In this document: positions 60,197 to 64,000 of the stretch, piece after piece | Position numbering within the stretch: the stretch's first letter is position 1 | Layout of the letters: every line of letters starts with the position of its first letter | Source of the DNA: an uncultured Eubacteriales bacterium | GTDB lineage: Bacteria; Bacillota; Clostridia; Lachnospirales; CAG-274 | Direction of reading: 5' to 3' | Assembly: GCA_902469905.1 (NCBI GenBank) | Contig: CABREJ010000004.1 | Coordinates: 108,554 to 172,553, forward strand | DNA length: 64,000 nucleotides | Notes under the pieces: generated by a model | The model's database searches: none | What the model was told of the DNA's origin: nothing | Seen by the model: the letters and a program-made list of their open reading frames with translations, nothing else | Made by a program: the position numbers and the translations under genes

Positions 60197-61655
60197 TATT
60201 CAAAATATCCTCCTTAATTTTTTCTACTATATCATGATGTGCCGAATATGGTTCAATACAAGCAATAGCGTCAAGTAGATTACATTTTTCTTGTATGTCA
60301 ACACACATTGTAATCATTTCCTGTAGTGATTTTACTATTTCCACATCTGACAGTTCATTATCATTGGTTATTTGCTCATCATTATTCAGATCCACATATA
60401 ATTGATTAAGTGGCAAACCCATCTCAATTTGTTGTAACAACGCATTTAGCGACACCTCTATATCAGGATTCACTTTTATCATTTGTTGCACAATCGGATG
60501 TTTACGATTAACTTCATAATAAAATCCGCCCTGTTTATTTTTCATGCGATTCCACACGTGAGTTTCGGTATCGCTTACCTCTTTTTTCCCTCTAAAGGTC
60601 CAAGTTCTTTTACTCCGCTCGGCAATTTGATTAATAATTACCTCCAAGTTCTTTCTAACTTCTGCTGGAGGTAATGCGGACGATTTTTTTATGTCCAAAG
60701 TCCACAGATCATCTAACGTGTTTGGAATATCAACACGAATTCTGGCAAGTTTTGATAAATCTCCTTGCCGCATCATTCTGAACCAAGTACCCCAAACCAA
60801 CAATCTTTTGTTTCTATATACATAAAACCCTTGCTGTTTTCGAAGTCCATCCTTTCCACCAAGCATTTTAATTTCATCTGATGTAAGCTTGGATATGTGA
60901 GGAAGAATATAAGGTCGTACTAATATTTTATTGCCCTGAATAACTAATGTTTCATCATCCATAGCTTGAACGCTTTTCTCCGTCAAAAATGGATCAATTC
61001 CTTTTATTTTTTCTCCATTAATTGACAGTTTAAGTTTTGTGATCCCTGATTCACCTGTTAAATATCGGTGGTAAACAAGAGAAAGATGATCTCTGACTCT
61101 ATCAATTTTACGTCCTAATGATAGTTCAAAATTTATTTCTCCAGACTTGAGACGATCTAGTTTTTGCCAGACTACTAATGTTCCTGATTCGTTTTTTATC
61201 AATTCGCCAAATTGAGGTATTTGCTGAATATCTTCTTCATCAAGAACGTTTAAAGACCAATCTCCTACTTCTGTAACATGATCTATATCCCATTGACGTC
61301 CCTCCAAATTATCCCCTTGCTTAGAAATAACAGTCAGACATCTACACTGAGATAAAGACGCTGTTTTTAATCCCAAACCAAAACGTCCTAAATCTTTTTT
61401 ATCCCTTTCTTCTGTCGGATTTTTACTTCCGTATTGCATAGCAATATCGATTTCTTCCTGTGCCATTCCTTTACCATTATCGAGAATTGCAATATATGCA
61501 CCATCTATCGGGAAAAAATATATATCAACATTTTTTGCGTTTGCGGCGATACTGTTATCAATAATATCTGCCACTGCAGCCTCAAGAGAATATCCAATAG
61601 CCCTTGTTGACTCAATTAAAGTAGGCGCATAGGGTGGCAAGCTTTTTGTTTTCAT
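60189..61655 (-). CDS. GHKL/HATPase_c ATP-binding protein (MORC/MutL-like)
   Basis: N-box ADIIDNSIAANA, G1 DNGKGM, G2 GRFGLGLKTAS. Confidence 0.7.
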   Translation of the reverse strand: MKTKSLPPYAPTLIESTRAIGYSLEAAVADIIDNSIAANAKNVDIYFFPIDGAYIAILDNGKGMAQEEIDIAMQYGSKNPTEERDKKDLGRFGLGLKTASLSQCRCLTVISKQGDNLEGRQWDIDHVTEVGDWSLNVLDEEDIQQIPQFGELIKNESGTLVVWQKLDRLKSGEINFELSLGRKIDRVRDHLSLVYHRYLTGESGITKLKLSINGEKIKGIDPFLTEKSVQAMDDETLVIQGNKILVRPYILPHISKLTSDEIKMLGGKDGLRKQQGFYVYRNKRLLVWGTWFRMMRQGDLSKLARIRVDIPNTLDDLWTLDIKKSSALPPAEVRKNLEVIINQIAERSKRTWTFRGKKEVSDTETHVWNRMKNKQGGFYYEVNRKHPIVQQMIKVNPDIEVSLNALLQQIEMGLPLNQLYVDLNNDEQITNDNELSDVEIVKSLQEMITMCVDIQEKCNLLDAIACIEPYSAHHDIVEKIKEDILNND

Positions 61656-61686
61656 TTGCAGATCCCTTCCTTAGCTAAACGAGCGT

Positions 61687-61899
61687 TTATTCATTTTCAT
61701 CCGGTATGAATTCCATAATATCCCCGACATCACATTTGAGTTCGTTACAGATTTTTGCTAATACTTCTGTAGTAACATTTTCATCTTTACCTAGTTTTGC
61801 AAGTGAAGATGAACTGATTCCTGCATTCTTTCTCAAATCTGATTTTTTCATATTTTTATCAATCAGTAACTTCCATAATTTGTTATAACTCATCTTCAT
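61687..61899 (-). CDS. XRE-family HTH transcriptional regulator, first gene of the cluster
   Basis: 70 aa; KKSDLRKNAGISSSSLAKLGKDENVTTEVLAKICNEL HTH. Confidence 0.7.
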   Translation of the reverse strand: MKMSYNKLWKLLIDKNMKKSDLRKNAGISSSSLAKLGKDENVTTEVLAKICNELKCDVGDIMEFIPDENE

Positions 61900-62014
61900 A
61901 CTGGTTTTACTCCTCTATATTCCATGACCTTCCATACAGTTCACAATTATCATTTGAAAGACGAAGAACACAATTCCTCTCTAGAATATCCCTAGTCTCC
62001 GGTCTGCAATCACC

Positions 62015-63544
62015 CTACTTGTCATAAGCAATAAACACTTGTTTCTTTGTGCTATTATAGATTTTTATAATTCCATCCTCGACATTCTTTTCGAGATTTT
62101 TAAACAACAACGAATCATGTGCCAACGCCGGAAGTGCTGTAGAAAAAAGCATCGCCAGATCATAAACTATCATTCCTTTATAATTTGATCCTGTTCCCGT
62201 ATCCATAGGCGTTTCAAATTTATAACTATCATAACGATTGAAGTGGATATACGGTGGCTTACGCTGAGTCGAAAACAAGGAATCATTAAACTCTTTCATT
62301 TTATCGTTCAGAGTTACTTCAATTTCTCTCAAGATATCTTCAATGCTACGTCTTAAAACTTCATCCGCATTGGCCTTTGCTTCCTGCAATTCTTTTTGCT
62401 TTAAGAACGCCTGATTCTGGGTTCTCAATGCATTTATTTCTCCTGTGATAGCAGAATGTTTATCCAAAAATTCTTTAGAAATATTACCGACAAATCCAAA
62501 TTCTTTTATTTGGGTGTTTACTATTTCCAATTGTTCTTTTATGATATCAATTTCACCCTTTATAGCATTCTGTTCACTTTTAAACTGTCCGTCTAATATT
62601 TTTGCTAATTTCCGATGGTACTGCTCCACTTCATATAGCTTTCGAAGATTCACTGTCGGAAAGTATTGTTGTAATGCAGCTATATCTGCCTCTGTCGGAT
62701 ACAACCCATATTCCAAGCTCATATTAACAAGTCTGAGTCGCATTTCTTTTGATTGTAGCAGTGTCTCTAAATTAAGCTTTATGTTGTTAATTCCGCTTTG
62801 CGTTTATTTTTCTCAATTTCTTCATCAGTATGACCTTTTTCTGCAACCTCCATTAAAGTTCCCAATTCCTGTTCTAACGCGCGAATTTCCTGAAGATTTT
62901 CTTCATACTTCTTTTTTCCACCGACTAAATTGGAGATAAACTCATATTTTCTTGCAGTATTGTAGGTAGCAAGTCTATTTTTATGTTCATCAACGCTCTG
63001 TTTGAACACTTCGATATCCTTATACTTATCAAAAAGCGTCAAAATAACATTGATAGATTTTTCCATATTTTGACCCGGAATTCCTTGTAGCGGATTAAGT
63101 TCATAATGGTTCTTCTTTCCATAGATTCTGAAGAAACTACTAAGAGCTTTCCTAAATGATATTCCGGCAAAATCCATGTTGTAGTTAACCTTTAACCAGT
63201 TCGCAAACTCTGTTTTCATATAAGTCTTATCAGTTCTACGATAATGATTGTCACAAATAATAGAAGGTATCACTATCACCGGTATTTCTCTCAAAATAAT
63301 ATCTGATACCATTAAACTCAAATGCAAAGAATATTGAGTGATTACCTTCCTGTTTAACGCCATCACTTTTAACATAAGTACCTCCACCGAATACAAAATC
63401 AATTGCCAGTAACGCTGAAGACTTACCTATTGACATAGCTCCATCGTTCTTACCCAGAATTACATTTAAGCCTTCCCTAAATATGATAGGAAGTCGTTCC
63501 TTACCCTTTTCCTTAAACGCTGGAGACTTCATTTCTATAAGCAT
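62015..63544 (-). pseudogene. ABC/SMC-type AAA ATPase broken into three ORFs (63251..63544, 62779..63402, 62015..62743) by a frameshift and a stop
   Basis: N-fragment has Walker A GKNDGAMSIGKSS; middle is coiled-coil; last has signature/Walker B/D-loop-like DTGTGSNYKGMIVYDLAMLF and QVFIAYDK. Confidence 0.45.
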
Positions 63545-63783
63545 ATGAACACCTCTCCCTCATCATTTATGTCTGTAGCTCCTAAAGCATACAGATAATC
63601 CATAACAGACATAAAATCTGTTGCATCATCCAGTAACGGTCTGATTTGCTTGTACAAATCAACAACCGGTACTGGTCCATTCTTAATTGCGTCAAGTACA
63701 ATTGGAATCTGTGCTAACGTACTCTTTTTATATGAATATAATTTATTAGGTAATTGCATCGAATACCTCACAGCTCTGAACAA
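63535..63783 (-). CDS. Small hypothetical protein upstream of broken ATPase
   Basis: 82 aa ORF, overlaps neighbours; no domain recognised. Confidence 0.3.
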   Translation of the reverse strand: MFRAVRYSMQLPNKLYSYKKSTLAQIPIVLDAIKNGPVPVVDLYKQIRPLLDDATDFMSVMDYLYALGATDINDEGEVFICL

Positions 63784-64000
63784 AGTACGATACTACAATC
63801 TGGCACAAAATCTCATCTATCAGACTAACCTTATTGATTTTCTGTGCGATTTCATTAAAAATATCGACCTTCGACTTCTTTGCTTTCTTTAATTTCTTAT
63901 ACATAGCATGTATTTGGTCTTGCACTTCATCATAATCAATCTCACCACGCTTGTCTGCATTTGTCATAATCTCCCTAATGCGAACATAATACGCATTTAC
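63746..64000 (-). CDS. Hypothetical protein, 5' end probably beyond window (frame stays open to window edge)
   Basis: RC of 63968-64000 translates in frame with no stop. Confidence 0.3.
   Translation of the reverse strand, partial: VNAYYVRIREIMTNADKRGEIDYDEVQDQIHAMYKKLKKAKKSKVDIFNEIAQKINKVSLIDEILCQIVVSYFVQSCEVFDAIT

Noticed and set aside
36322-64000. Prophage interpretation of the accessory region
   Set aside because: There are no capsid, terminase, portal, tail or integrase genes. The content is defence, toxin and IS only, so it is a defence island and not a prophage.

Overview
This looks like low-GC Firmicutes DNA, probably from a sporulating gut Clostridia-type anaerobe; dpaA/dpaB (spoVF) and a Cas13d gene support that guess. 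The first ~34.5 kb is a mostly minus-strand housekeeping block. It opens with a partial type VI-D cas13d gene, truncated by the window start, followed by a 2-repeat/1-spacer mini CRISPR array. Then come pgi, queH, a Na+-translocating biotin decarboxylase cluster (12S carboxyltransferase, gamma, biotin carrier, beta, 5S carboxyltransferase), a LysR regulator, a DEDDh exonuclease, lrgAB, glyA, scpAB, mutL, mutS, an agr-like LytTR two-component system, dpaAB, an NlpC/P60 peptidase, a PfkB kinase, trpS, ornithine carbamoyltransferase and an M23 peptidase. From ~34.6 kb to the window end is an accessory defence/conflict island, and its far boundary lies beyond the window. It starts with a 1.75 kb ORF-free junction holding two ~450 bp tandem modules with iteron-like word arrays, plus clusters of mosaic palindromic GTAGGGGCGA...TCGCCCCTAC intergenic repeats. 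Those repeats also occur at ~3.08, ~12.8 and 29.9-30.5 kb. The island then carries, in order: an SRA-domain protein translationally coupled to a Nudix hydrolase; a catalytically inactive short pAgo (MID-PIWI) with no APAZ partner, abutting IS debris; a decayed RHS locus (5'-truncated RHS with toxin tip and immunity gene, plus an orphan toxin tip cut exactly at an IS inverted repeat, with its own immunity gene); an SF2 helicase-HNH fusion with a small partner; a GIY-YIG nuclease; RhuM; an HNH protein next to a DUF2075-like NERD/P-loop ATPase; an HTH regulator followed by the MORC-like HATPase, Z1, PD-(D/E)xK, AIPR and Dcm cluster; a frameshifted ABC-type ATPase; and small ORFs at the edge.
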